Source of the DNA: Candidatus Thorarchaeota archaeon
GTDB lineage: Archaea; Asgardarchaeota; Thorarchaeia; Thorarchaeales; Thorarchaeaceae
DNA: 64,000 bases
Assembly (NCBI GenBank): GCA_029855935.1
Contig: JAGSHN010000004.1
Coordinates: 1 to 64,000, forward strand
Direction: 5' to 3'
The notes beneath the pieces were generated by a model. It saw nothing but the letters and a program-made list of their open reading frames with translations. It was not told where the DNA came from and made no database searches. Shown piece by piece: positions 19,045-29,453 of the stretch. Both the position numbers and the translations under genes were made by a program. Every line of letters starts with the position of its first letter. Position 1 is the stretch's first letter.

Positions 19045-19182
19045 GTAATCAAGTTCGGCCGTGACACAGCCCATCTCTGTCGTCGTCGCGGCTGTGGTAG
19101 AGCCGACTTTTTCTGAAGCTTTTAATATCGGCGCGATTGTTGCAGTTCCACTTGTCGCCCATGAGAAGGCGTCCACAGGGAA

Positions 19183-19731
19183 GTGAAACAGATGACCGAA
19201 ACGGACGGCTCTGAGAGGCCACCGGCCACACTGATTGAGCCCATCGACATGTCGACACTGGATGCCAGTTTTCGGAGAGAGATTCAGAGCATGCCGGATG
19301 GCGATGAACTCTCTGCGTGCTTCGCATGCACGACGTGCACCGCAGCGTGTCCAATAGCGAACCAGTGGGAGTACAAACCTCATCAGCTGATCAGAATGAT
19401 CATCCTGGGCATGCGGGACGAGGTGCTCTCATCCAAGGAGATCTGGGAGTGTCTGACCTGTTTTCAGTGTCAGGAGCGTTGCCCTCAGAAAGTCCGGGTC
19501 ACCGACATCATCTTCGACTGTAAGAATCTCGCTGCCGAGGAGGGGAAGATTCCAGATGCCATCAGAAATCTTGCAAGAGAGCTGCTTGAGAAGGGCCAGC
19601 TATACGTGATAACAGCCGACTGGGAACGCGAGGATCTAGATCTCGAGCCGGAGTTGCCGGGGCTCTCCACTGAGGAGTTCAAGACCATCCTCAGAAACAC
19701 TCGAACAGGTAGAATTGTGGGCGGTGAGTGA
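19183..19731 (+). CDS. hdrC: Heterodisulfide reductase subunit C
   Basis: CFACTTCTAACP and IWECLTCFQCQERCP. Confidence 0.93.
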   Translation: MKQMTETDGSERPPATLIEPIDMSTLDASFRREIQSMPDGDELSACFACTTCTAACPIANQWEYKPHQLIRMIILGMRDEVLSSKEIWECLTCFQCQERCPQKVRVTDIIFDCKNLAAEEGKIPDAIRNLARELLEKGQLYVITADWEREDLDLEPELPGLSTEEFKTILRNTRTGRIVGGE

Positions 19732-19734
19732 CCA

Positions 19735-20601
19735 ATGCCAACATACAATCTGTATATGGGCTGCAGTGTTCCTGCAAACTATCCGAACTACGAAGCGGCG
19801 CTGCTCAAAGTGGCAAAGGCCCTCGATGTCGAATTGAACTACATGGAAGGTGTGGGCTGCTGTGGTAGTCCGAACCTCAGAGCCTTCGACTACTACGGAT
19901 GGCTCGTCGTCAATGCCAGAACTCTTGCAATAGGCGAACAGAATGGGCATGACATAGTCACACCCTGCAACGGGTGCTTTGCCAGTCTCAAGGACGCTCT
20001 CTACCATCTCAGGCATGACAAGAAGGATATGAAGCGTGTGAATGAGGAGCTGAAGAAATTCGATCTGGAACTCAGGGGGACCGTGAGAGTCAGGCACGTG
20101 GTGGAGGCACTGTATACCGACGTTGGTGTCGATGCCATAAGAGAGAAGGTCACAAGGCCTCTGGATGGCGTTGGGATTGCGATTCACGCAGGGTGCCATC
20201 TGATGAGGCCTGCGGATGTCACCGAGATGAGTATCGAGATATTGGAAGAGATGCTTCGAGCAACAGGCGCCACTGTCGTGCAGTATCCGCTGTGGAAGCA
20301 GTGCTGTGGTGCAACCGTCCTGCCAGTCAACGAGGCGCTGGCCGTCCGTCTGGCCAGGGACAAACTCCGGTCGATAAAGGACGCTGGTGCCGAGTTCATC
20401 ATGGTGGTCTGTCCAGCCTGCGGCAACCAGCTCGACCTTCAGCAGTTCGGGATAAAGGACACGTATGGCGAGGGGTATGACCTGCCAGTGCTGTTCTATC
20501 CTCAGATTCTTGCGCTGGCAATGGGCATGGATGAGGAGGAAGTTGGCCTCAGTATGAACAGAGTGCCAGCAGACCCGATTCTCGACCATCTGACTGAGTG
20601 A
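19735..20601 (+). CDS. hdrB: Heterodisulfide reductase subunit B
   Basis: Two CCG domains: GC..GCCG..PCNGC and HAGCH..QCCG..CPAC. Confidence 0.94.
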   Translation: MPTYNLYMGCSVPANYPNYEAALLKVAKALDVELNYMEGVGCCGSPNLRAFDYYGWLVVNARTLAIGEQNGHDIVTPCNGCFASLKDALYHLRHDKKDMKRVNEELKKFDLELRGTVRVRHVVEALYTDVGVDAIREKVTRPLDGVGIAIHAGCHLMRPADVTEMSIEILEEMLRATGATVVQYPLWKQCCGATVLPVNEALAVRLARDKLRSIKDAGAEFIMVVCPACGNQLDLQQFGIKDTYGEGYDLPVLFYPQILALAMGMDEEEVGLSMNRVPADPILDHLTE

Positions 20602-21869
20602 ATGAGGTGACGGTGATATTGTCCGACAAGGTCCTCATCATTGGCGGTGGCGTGGCTGGCCTTACTGCTGCCATTGAGCTGGCCGACTCGGGAGTGAAGA
20701 CTGTGCTGGTGGAGCGCCAACACACTGTAGGGGGTAACGCACTTGACCTGTACAAGGCGTTTCCGACCGATGACTGCTTCTACTGCTTTGAGGCCAGTCG
20801 CTTTCGGCCGGGGATTCGAAAGTGCTTCTATCGAAGTGCACTCCTGGACCACCCGAATCTTGAGCTGCGGACAAACACGACCGTAGAGGCAGTTGCAGGC
20901 AGTCCAGGCAACTTCGAGGTGACGCTGATGGTGGGACCGCAGTATGTCGATCCGATGAGATGCATCATGTGTGGCCTCTGTCAGAAGCTGTCCAGTGCCT
21001 TTGTTCTCATCTCGCCACAATGTCAGCCTCAGGCGGTAGTCTACGTCCCAGACCAAGCGGATGACAATGTGAAGGAGGCTGTCGAGAAGTGCCCCACGAA
21101 GGCCATCAACCTCGAGGCCCAGCCAACAGAGGAGGTCATCAGGGCATCCGACATTGTGGTGGCCACAGGCTACCACGAGATGAAGCCTGTCGGCATGGAG
21201 GAGTATCACTACGAGGAGCTTCCCGATGTGGTGACGCAGCTCGAACTTGCACGGATGCTAGACCCGAATGGCGAGACCAGCGGCCAACTGGTACGTCCAT
21301 CCGATGGTGGTCCTGTGAAACACGTGATGATGGTGCAGTGCGTTGGCAGCCGTGATGAGAACTACTATCCCTACTGTTCCAAGATCTGTTGCGTCTTTGC
21401 GTTGAAACATGCGGACATCATAGCACAAGAGCGAGAGGGCGTCCAAGTTTCTGTCGTCTATATGGACATCCGAACCTATGACAGGCATGAGCGATACTAC
21501 CGCAAGTCGAGAAGGGCGGGTGTCAACTTCATCCGAGGCCGTGTTCAGACGGTCTCCAAGGCCAAGGACGGGGGACTGGAGGTCATTGTCTACGACTCGC
21601 TCCTCGACAGATATCTCAAGTTCAGAGTAGATCTCTTCGTGCTCTCCACGGCCCTTGAGCCGTCAGCAGAGAGCAACGAAATGGCACAGATGCTGGGAAT
21701 CAGGACCTCGAATGGATTCGTTGCCTCACTCGACCCGACTTCGGGCGACGAAGTTATCGTCGGTGACCACGTGTACGCATGCGGCACCGCCCTCGGCCCC
21801 GCGGAGGTACCAGAGTCTGTGACCCAAGCAAGGGCAGTGGCCTTGAAGATACTGCAGGGCAGGAAGTGA
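20598..21869 (+). CDS. hdrA: HdrA-like flavoprotein (short form)
   Basis: IIGGGVAG, FPTDDCFYC, CIMCGLC..CPTKAI, QCVGSRD..YCSKICC. Confidence 0.88.
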   Translation: MNEVTVILSDKVLIIGGGVAGLTAAIELADSGVKTVLVERQHTVGGNALDLYKAFPTDDCFYCFEASRFRPGIRKCFYRSALLDHPNLELRTNTTVEAVAGSPGNFEVTLMVGPQYVDPMRCIMCGLCQKLSSAFVLISPQCQPQAVVYVPDQADDNVKEAVEKCPTKAINLEAQPTEEVIRASDIVVATGYHEMKPVGMEEYHYEELPDVVTQLELARMLDPNGETSGQLVRPSDGGPVKHVMMVQCVGSRDENYYPYCSKICCVFALKHADIIAQEREGVQVSVVYMDIRTYDRHERYYRKSRRAGVNFIRGRVQTVSKAKDGGLEVIVYDSLLDRYLKFRVDLFVLSTALEPSAESNEMAQMLGIRTSNGFVASLDPTSGDEVIVGDHVYACGTALGPAEVPESVTQARAVALKILQGRK

Positions 21870-21875
21870 TCACAG

Positions 21876-24047
21876 ATGGACAGCAAGGTTGCCGTGGTAC
21901 TATGCACCTGCGGAGGAACACTACAACTGGACTACGAGTCCCTGCGTCAGGAGATTGCGAAGGAGGAGGGTGTGACGGGTGTCACTGTGATGGACACCCT
22001 CTGCCAGAGCGAGGGTCTAGAAGCACTCTCTCAGATTCTCAGTGATGTAGATGGAAGAGTAGTCATTGCCGCCTGTACCAGTCAGAAGCTCCAACCCCGG
22101 GTGGACAACTCACTCGGGCAGGGCAGAGGGCTCAACACCTCGCTGACCCACTACGTCAACATACGCGAACACTGTGCGTGGGTACATCCAGACATCGAGG
22201 AGGCCACGAAGAAGGCCCTTGATATGATCAGAGGGGCGGTGGCTGCAACCCGTCTTGCTCAGCCCCTGCAGGTCGCATCTAAAGCGGTGGATGCCCATGT
22301 GACTGTCATAGGGGGAGGCATTGCCGGAATTGAGGCTGCACTGAGCCTCTCAAGTCTTGGCTACAAGGTCACCATCTTTGAGGTCACGGACAGGCTAGGC
22401 GGACACATCATCAGTCTGCCTGTGATTGCACCCACTGGAAAGTCTGGAGCAGAACTGCTCAGCGGGCGCTTGGAGGCGATAGAGAAGGATGACAACATCA
22501 CTGTGATGACGAACACAAGGGTCAAATTTGTGGAGGGCGAGATGGGGAATTTCGAGGTGCACTATCTACAGGGAGAGAGCGAGGAGGAGAACGTACTCAA
22601 GACCTCTGCCGTGGTCGTCGCGACCGGGTTTAGAGAGTTCAAGCCCACAGAGATGGAGGAGTATCAGTATGGACGCAATCCCGATGTCATCACGCAGTTC
22701 GAACTGTCCACTATGCTGACTGAGGGGCGCCTGCAGCGTCCATCAGATGGAGGGCCTGTGAAAGAGGTCGTCATGGTGCAGTGCGTCGGGAGCAGATCTG
22801 AGGACTACAAGCGGGACTGTAGTAAGCTTTGTTGCACATTCGCAATAGACAATGCGCTTGAACTCATCAAGAACGACCCCGACATTCATGTCCGTATCAT
22901 CTATATGGACATCCGTGTCCCCTTTGAGAATGAGCTGATATACAAAGAGTCGAGAGAGAAGGGTGTGGACTACATCAGGGGGCGGGTCAGCATGGTGTGG
23001 AGAGAGAACGACAAGACCCGCGTCCGGATATACGACTCCCTTCTTAACCAGTATTTTGAGACATCTCCTGACCTCGTGGTCCTCTCCTCGGCCGTGTTAC
23101 CTCCCGATGGACTGTACGAGCTCTCCGAGAGCCTTGGATTTGCCATAGAGTACGACGGCCACATCAAGGAGCTCTATGGAAAGCTCCGTCGCAATGAAAC
23201 AAGAAGACGTGGGGTCGTCGCCGTGGGGGCAGTCACAAGGCCTCAGTTTGTGAGTGAGGCCATAGTGGAGGCACAGGCCGGAGCCCTGATGATTCACAAC
23301 GAGTTGCAGGGTGGCTCTGTGGAGAAGATCGCAAGAGGAGCACTGCTTGATGTCGACGAGTGTGTTGGCTGCAGTCTATGCGCCCAGCAGTGTCCTCGTG
23401 GAGTGCCGCTCATGATCGAACAGACTGAGGCGGAGGAGAGCCAGACCGACTCTGACAAGTTTCTATTCAAGGCATCAATCGACATACTGAACTGCCATGC
23501 CTGCGGCGTCTGCCAGAGCCTCTGTCCGACTGGCGCCACGCAACTAAACTTCCTGACGAACGAGCAGCTCTGGGACCAGATAGCGGCCACACTTCGAGAT
23601 GCAGGACCAGAGTATCCGATCACGCTGTGCTTCCACTGTGAGGAATGCTCTGTTTCCACCATAGACATCGTGGGGACACGAAGACTACAATACCCAGCCA
23701 ATGTCCGACTGATCCCTGTTCCCTGCGCCGGGCGAGTCAGTATGGTGGACATACTAAAGGCGTTTGAACACGGGGCGAGCACAGTGATGATTGCCGCCTG
23801 CGAAACCGACCGTTGTCACATTGGAGGAACAGGCAATGAGATTGCCCAGATTCACGTCGATGTCGCAAGAGAGATTCTCAATGCGATTGGGTGGGACGGC
23901 CGTCGGGTCGACATGTTTAGGATGTTCAGCGCCGAGCCGGAGAGGTTCATCGTGGCCGTGAAGGAGATGACCGAGCGGGCTGAGAGCCTCGGACCAACAC
24001 CCGTACACAAGGGTACTGCGGGTAGGTGGATGGAGGTGAGTGAGTGA
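21876..24047 (+). CDS. hdrA: HdrA-MvhD fusion
   Basis: CTCG..AACT..REHCAWVH, GGGIAG, QCVGSR..CSKLCC, two ferredoxin motifs, C-terminal MvhD (YPANVRLIPVPCAGRV, AC....CH). Confidence 0.9.
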   Translation: MDSKVAVVLCTCGGTLQLDYESLRQEIAKEEGVTGVTVMDTLCQSEGLEALSQILSDVDGRVVIAACTSQKLQPRVDNSLGQGRGLNTSLTHYVNIREHCAWVHPDIEEATKKALDMIRGAVAATRLAQPLQVASKAVDAHVTVIGGGIAGIEAALSLSSLGYKVTIFEVTDRLGGHIISLPVIAPTGKSGAELLSGRLEAIEKDDNITVMTNTRVKFVEGEMGNFEVHYLQGESEEENVLKTSAVVVATGFREFKPTEMEEYQYGRNPDVITQFELSTMLTEGRLQRPSDGGPVKEVVMVQCVGSRSEDYKRDCSKLCCTFAIDNALELIKNDPDIHVRIIYMDIRVPFENELIYKESREKGVDYIRGRVSMVWRENDKTRVRIYDSLLNQYFETSPDLVVLSSAVLPPDGLYELSESLGFAIEYDGHIKELYGKLRRNETRRRGVVAVGAVTRPQFVSEAIVEAQAGALMIHNELQGGSVEKIARGALLDVDECVGCSLCAQQCPRGVPLMIEQTEAEESQTDSDKFLFKASIDILNCHACGVCQSLCPTGATQLNFLTNEQLWDQIAATLRDAGPEYPITLCFHCEECSVSTIDIVGTRRLQYPANVRLIPVPCAGRVSMVDILKAFEHGASTVMIAACETDRCHIGGTGNEIAQIHVDVAREILNAIGWDGRRVDMFRMFSAEPERFIVAVKEMTERAESLGPTPVHKGTAGRWMEVSE

Positions 24048-26320
24048 GCGGCACTGTCGAACAGGAGCGGGAGATCCCACCGAAGAGGCAACGAATGCTC
24101 GATATGTTGATGGTGCTTGGCGGCCTCAAGGAGGAGCAGGCAATCCCTCTGAGCAGGGTGAAGGAGGAGATAGAGGCACTCAAAGCGGGCCTGACCCCGC
24201 TGATCTCGGAGATTCTCAGCTTTCCGGACAAGTACAACAAGGCATTTCTCGAGACCGCAGAGAGAATAAGGCTGGCCGAGCAGCTGACAGACCACGGCAT
24301 TGTCACCGAGGCCATCACCAGACTCGAGGAGGCCCTGTCCATAAGGAGGACAGATGCACTGGAGGGGCTGCTCAATCTCCTCCGGTCCACGCAACAGAAG
24401 GACGAGACCACAGCGGAGGAACGACCCGAGAGACCGAGGATGGACATCGGGCAGGTGATAGAGCCTTTATCAGGATTCATCGAGACGGTTGAGGACGCCA
24501 TCGCAGGATACGAAACAGAGAGAAACAAGCAGGCGCAGGAGGCGCTGGACCGGCTGCACGGTCTGACTGAGGAATTCAGAAACTTGGTCAGACTAGCCAG
24601 CGAGAACCCAGAAGAGGCACTCGATGGCCTCCGGAAGATGGGGACCATCACACGGTATGGTCCATTCCTCCGCAATGCTGGACAGATTAGACGAGCCCTG
24701 AAGGAGGGTAGAGTGACCCCGGCGCGGTTTGCTGAACTTGTGCAGACCAACATGCTGGTTGAGATGATCCGTGGCCTCATCATGTTCGTCCTGAACAACG
24801 TGGGCTCGAAGACCGTGATGCAGCTTGCTGAGATTCTTGACCTCGAGCCAGAGAGAGTCCAGAATGCCATCATCACGATGATTCAGAGGGGGGAGATCAA
24901 GATGGTCGGTGTCGAGGAGGGCGCGCCTGTGTACGCTCGCGTGCTCGGCACAGTGCCAAACACTCTTCTCGTTCTCAAGAGGATCTCGCAACAGATGAGG
25001 AGCCTCCTCAGGAATGCAGAGGGGTCCGTCAGAGACACTCTCGAAGACGCCGTCGGGAGACTCACCTCGTGTCTGGAGAAACTTCAGCGGCTGGGTCAGT
25101 ACGACGAGGCGGCCATAGCCGAGGCAGTCAATGAGATGAGAGAGATTGCCGACAGGGCGACCGAGGCTGCCCTGAGCACGGAGAGTTCGGCCGACACGGA
25201 GGAACTGCGCCACCTGATATCAGCAGGACTCGAGGCATTCGCCCGGTTCAGACTGAGAATCACACTGGAGAAGGGACCCAACCTCGTTGAGGGGAAGAAT
25301 GTCTATGGCGAGAGCCTGGACCCCGAGGTCTATCGCAGAATGATGGACACCTATCTTGAGAACGAGATAGAACGTGGATTCATACTTGTCCTAATCCGCG
25401 AGCTCGGTGCCATGAGCGTGAAGGACATCTCAGAGAGGACAAAGATACCCCCGGACAGGGTGCTTCAGCACGTTCTCAGAATGAAGCGGGATGAACTGCT
25501 GACGATTGCAGGTGAAGAGCACGGCTATGTTCTCTACGATGTCCCACGTACACCCAACGAGGCGGAGGTGGCCATCCAGACCATCACGGCACTCATTCAG
25601 GATCTTGCCCCTGCAATGCGCGATCTTGAGCAACTCGTGGCCGAGCTGACCGCCAAGGACATCGGCCGCCTAGTCAACACCCTTGAGGCCTTCTCCAAGG
25701 CCCGGGACAAGATGGCGAAAATAACGTTGGGCGGCAGTGCTATTGCCTCAGACACCATCGAGGCAGTCAGGGAGAGTATTAGGTCCGCGCTGGCAATGGC
25801 CTACCGCACGAGAGCAAGAATCCCGAGCACGCGGCCAAAGGTCACCATTGATGACCTGATAGATGTCGACGTCCCAACGGTGATGGACGAGTATCGCGAC
25901 ATGATGGGCTATGCGCCTCTGCTGGGATTCGGGACCATCGACTGGGACCAGTCAAAGTGTCTCGGCTGCAGGTCCTGTGAACTGTCTTGTCCCGAGGACG
26001 CGATATTCCTGAGGCCAGTGATTGATCTCCCAGAGTTCTTCGAGTTCTCAGAGGAGGTAATTGACAGGTTCCCATCCGTGAGAGCTATGTTCTACAGGAC
26101 GCTGAGGGGTCTGGCGGTCAAGCGGCCGACCAGCAACATCGTCCTTGAGCACGACGCTCCTGGGTTTGGACACGTGGAGGTGGACCTCTGGCTCTGCGTT
26201 GCCTGTCGAACATGCGTCCGGAGATGTCCGGGGCCTGAGGGTGGTGCATTGGAACTCGACCTCAAGTGGAGCCTGCCCGAGGTCATTCGCCACCTTGTGA
26301 CTGAGCAGACATCTGAATGA
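24044..26320 (+). CDS. Large helical protein with two winged-helix modules and C-terminal 2x[4Fe-4S] ferredoxin
   Basis: TVMQLAEILDLEPERV and SVKDISERTKIPPDRV HTHs; CLGCRSCELSCP and CVACRTCVRRCP. Confidence 0.85.
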   Translation: MSGTVEQEREIPPKRQRMLDMLMVLGGLKEEQAIPLSRVKEEIEALKAGLTPLISEILSFPDKYNKAFLETAERIRLAEQLTDHGIVTEAITRLEEALSIRRTDALEGLLNLLRSTQQKDETTAEERPERPRMDIGQVIEPLSGFIETVEDAIAGYETERNKQAQEALDRLHGLTEEFRNLVRLASENPEEALDGLRKMGTITRYGPFLRNAGQIRRALKEGRVTPARFAELVQTNMLVEMIRGLIMFVLNNVGSKTVMQLAEILDLEPERVQNAIITMIQRGEIKMVGVEEGAPVYARVLGTVPNTLLVLKRISQQMRSLLRNAEGSVRDTLEDAVGRLTSCLEKLQRLGQYDEAAIAEAVNEMREIADRATEAALSTESSADTEELRHLISAGLEAFARFRLRITLEKGPNLVEGKNVYGESLDPEVYRRMMDTYLENEIERGFILVLIRELGAMSVKDISERTKIPPDRVLQHVLRMKRDELLTIAGEEHGYVLYDVPRTPNEAEVAIQTITALIQDLAPAMRDLEQLVAELTAKDIGRLVNTLEAFSKARDKMAKITLGGSAIASDTIEAVRESIRSALAMAYRTRARIPSTRPKVTIDDLIDVDVPTVMDEYRDMMGYAPLLGFGTIDWDQSKCLGCRSCELSCPEDAIFLRPVIDLPEFFEFSEEVIDRFPSVRAMFYRTLRGLAVKRPTSNIVLEHDAPGFGHVEVDLWLCVACRTCVRRCPGPEGGALELDLKWSLPEVIRHLVTEQTSE

Positions 26321-26454
26321 GAGCTTGCGTGTCCAATGTCAGACAGGGGAGCCAGTTGACCAGTCTACCGTCAGACAAGAATCTCTCCAAGGGGAGCTGT
26401 AGGAGCATAGTCATTCGAGTATGTTATTAAGCCCAGTCGCCATTGGGAGAATCT

Positions 26455-27657
26455 ATGATAGACTTCTCGCTCACTGAGGCACAGCTGGAACTCCAGCAGA
26501 GAGCACGGAGGTTCGCGCAGGAGTATATGATACCCTACGCGCACTACTACGATAGGACCGGTGAGTTCCCACGACCTATAATTCGCAAGGCGTGGGAGAT
26601 GGGTCTGATGAATCTCTCGATTCCCAGGGAGCACGGAGGACCCGGCCTTGGCGTCCTTGAGCAGTGTATCGTCGTGGAGGAGATGGCTGCAGGCTGCGCT
26701 GGGATGACGACAAGCATATACGTGAACAGCCTTGGAGCCGAACCAATCCTGATAGCGGGTAACACTGAGCAGAAAGAGAAGTATCTCAGACCACTGACAG
26801 AGGATCTGAAGTTCATCTCGTTTGCCTGTTCCGAGCCGGGGATGGGCAGTGATGTTGCAGGAATCCAGACTCGTGTGAAGAAGGAGGGGTCACACTATGT
26901 CATCAACGGCAGCAAGTTCTGGATCACTAACGCTCCGCACGCAGACTATTTCGCGGTCTTCGCCACCCTCGACCCCAGTCTCAGACATAAGGGGCTGTGC
27001 GCGTTCATCGTGGAGGCGGATTGGCCAGGTGTGAAGGTTGGCAGACCCGTTGAGAAGATGGGCCATCGCGCATCAACAACATCGTCAGTGATGTTCAGGG
27101 ATGTTAAGGTCCCCATAGATAACCTCCTTGGCCAAGAGGGTGAGGGATTCAGGATTGCAATGCAGACATTCGCCCTGACAAGACCCGCGATTGCAGCGTT
27201 TGCCACAGGGCTGGCACGTGCAGCAATGGAGTACGCACGGGAGTATGTCAACAAACGCAAGGCGTTCGGACAGAAACTGAGGGATTTTCAGGCCATTCAG
27301 TTCAAGCTTGCTGAGATGTATGTCAAGATAGAGGCATCACGACTGCTGTATATGAAGGCCTCTTGGGAGGCGGATCGCAGCGGAAGGTCGACAGTGCTAG
27401 CCAGTATCGCGAAGGCGTTTGCAACAGATGCGGCAATGTGGGTCGCAAGCGAGGCAGTCCAGATTCACGGTGGCTACGGATACATCGACCAGTACCCAAT
27501 CGAGAAGTTGTTCCGTGATGCCAAGCTGTATCAGATATATGAGGGGACCAGCGAGATCCAGCGCCTCATTCTCGGAAGGCACGTGCTGGATGCGTACGAA
27601 CCAGCGATGAAGAAGCCACCAAGATGGTACAACGAGAAACCACCGGACTTTGACTGA
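26455..27657 (+). CDS. Acyl-CoA dehydrogenase
   Basis: SEPGMGSD, NGSKFWITN, KMGHRAS, QIHGGYGY, IYEGTSEIQR. Confidence 0.96.
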   Translation: MIDFSLTEAQLELQQRARRFAQEYMIPYAHYYDRTGEFPRPIIRKAWEMGLMNLSIPREHGGPGLGVLEQCIVVEEMAAGCAGMTTSIYVNSLGAEPILIAGNTEQKEKYLRPLTEDLKFISFACSEPGMGSDVAGIQTRVKKEGSHYVINGSKFWITNAPHADYFAVFATLDPSLRHKGLCAFIVEADWPGVKVGRPVEKMGHRASTTSSVMFRDVKVPIDNLLGQEGEGFRIAMQTFALTRPAIAAFATGLARAAMEYAREYVNKRKAFGQKLRDFQAIQFKLAEMYVKIEASRLLYMKASWEADRSGRSTVLASIAKAFATDAAMWVASEAVQIHGGYGYIDQYPIEKLFRDAKLYQIYEGTSEIQRLILGRHVLDAYEPAMKKPPRWYNEKPPDFD

Positions 27658-27749
27658 AGACATCTCTCAGATGCCACCCGGGGCGCAACGAATGACTTAT
27701 ACGACTTGCACGGGAGCGCCTCCTCTGTGAGGTATGGCCACTGGCCTCA

Positions 27750-29453
27750 GTGGTGACCGTGGACGAGGCGTGCGACTTGGTCGGAACGAGAGATGACGTC
27801 AGATTCGTCTTTGTGACTGGTGGTGTTCTTTCAGGCATAGGAAAGGGGGCAACAACAGCATCAATCGCCCGGCTGTTCCAGTTCAGGGGCTATACCATCC
27901 GAATTGTCAAGATAGACCCCTATCTGAACATCGACCCAGGAACGCTGAATCCGATTGAACACGGAGAGGTCTTTGTCACCGAGGAAACTTGGGTCTTCAG
28001 GCCAGTCGAGGACTTCGAGTTCCCGATATCTGAGATTGACCTCGACTTTGGTACATACGAGCGCTTCACCGGTATGGACGTTCATCCCTCGCAGAACATC
28101 ACCTCGGGACAGATATACACCTCTGTCATTCTGGGAGAGCGGAGGGGCAGCTTTCTGGGGCGCACGGTACAGATAATCCCCCACGTCACCGACGAGATAA
28201 AGAGACGAATCTGGGAGAACGCAGAGAAGGAGCCTGTGCCCGATGTGCTGCTTGTGGAGATAGGGGGAACTGTGGGTGACATCGAGGCAATGCCCTTTCT
28301 GGAGGCTGTGAGACAGCTTGCACGCGAAGTGGGAAGACGGCGAGTTGCACTTGTCCACGTGACCCTAGTCCCGTATATGAAATCGGTTGGAGAGTTCAAG
28401 ACGAAGCCCACGCAACACAGTGTCCGCACTCTGCAGGGCCTCGGCCTTCAACCTGATTTTGTCATCTGCAGAGCAGAGCACGAACTCACTCAGCCTGCGA
28501 AGGAGAAGATTGCCCTGTTCTGCAACGTCCCAGAGCAGAATGTCATCTCAAACCCGGACATTGACATCATATACAGATTGCCCCTCTCATTTGAAGAGCA
28601 GGGGTTGGGCACTGCCCTCATCAATCATTTTGGTATGGAGCAGCGCGAACCGCAACTCGACGAGTGGCGCCAGATGGTGGCAAAGTACGAGAATGCCTCT
28701 GAAGAGATCACGATTGCGATGCCTGGAAAATACACTATGCTCAGCGACTCGTACAAGAGCATCAACGAGGCGCTCGCACACGCGGGAGCCGCCTGCGGTG
28801 CCAGGGTGAAGATTCGTTGGATTGAAACCGAAACTCACTGCGATGACAACTGTCTAAGGGAGGACCTAGAGGATGTCGATGGCGTGCTTCTCACACCGGG
28901 ATTTGGTGCCAGAGGTGTTGAGGGGATGATCAGTGCTGCGGCCGTCGCCCGAGAGAAACAGATACCGTTCTTGGGTATATGCTACGGTGCCCAGCTTGGT
29001 GCTGTCGCCTTTGCAAGGAGAGTGATGGGATGGGAGGGTGCCCACACTACGGAGGTGGACCCGGACAGCCTCTATCCGGTGGTTGACCTGATGGACGAAC
29101 AGAAACAGGCAAAGAACAAGGGCGGCACAATGCGCCTGGGGGCCCACGTGGTCAGGATACTCCCCGACACGAAACTACATAGCCTCTACGGCGTGACCGA
29201 AACCAAGGAGAGGTTCAGGCATCGCTATCATCTGATTGGTAGATACATAAACAAGATGAAAGACAAGGGGCTTGTCGTGTCTGCGGTCGACGAGACGGGC
29301 AGGATAATCAATGCGATAGAGCTTGTCAACCACCCGTTCTGGATTGGAGTACAGTTTCATCCTGAGTTCAAGTCCCGTCCGGACAGGCCACACCCCCTAT
29401 ACTTGGGACTAATAAGGGCGGCAATCGAACATAAGACGGGGAAAGCTCGGTGA
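27750..29453 (+). CDS. pyrG: CTP synthase
   Basis: [38 protein letters not shown]. Confidence 0.97.
   Translation: MVTVDEACDLVGTRDDVRFVFVTGGVLSGIGKGATTASIARLFQFRGYTIRIVKIDPYLNIDPGTLNPIEHGEVFVTEETWVFRPVEDFEFPISEIDLDFGTYERFTGMDVHPSQNITSGQIYTSVILGERRGSFLGRTVQIIPHVTDEIKRRIWENAEKEPVPDVLLVEIGGTVGDIEAMPFLEAVRQLAREVGRRRVALVHVTLVPYMKSVGEFKTKPTQHSVRTLQGLGLQPDFVICRAEHELTQPAKEKIALFCNVPEQNVISNPDIDIIYRLPLSFEEQGLGTALINHFGMEQREPQLDEWRQMVAKYENASEEITIAMPGKYTMLSDSYKSINEALAHAGAACGARVKIRWIETETHCDDNCLREDLEDVDGVLLTPGFGARGVEGMISAAAVAREKQIPFLGICYGAQLGAVAFARRVMGWEGAHTTEVDPDSLYPVVDLMDEQKQAKNKGGTMRLGAHVVRILPDTKLHSLYGVTETKERFRHRYHLIGRYINKMKDKGLVVSAVDETGRIINAIELVNHPFWIGVQFHPEFKSRPDRPHPLYLGLIRAAIEHKTGKAR

Noticed and set aside
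19183-26320. Selenocysteine recoding in Hdr/MvhD genes
   Set aside because: All ORFs are complete with Cys; no in-frame TGA at a Cys position
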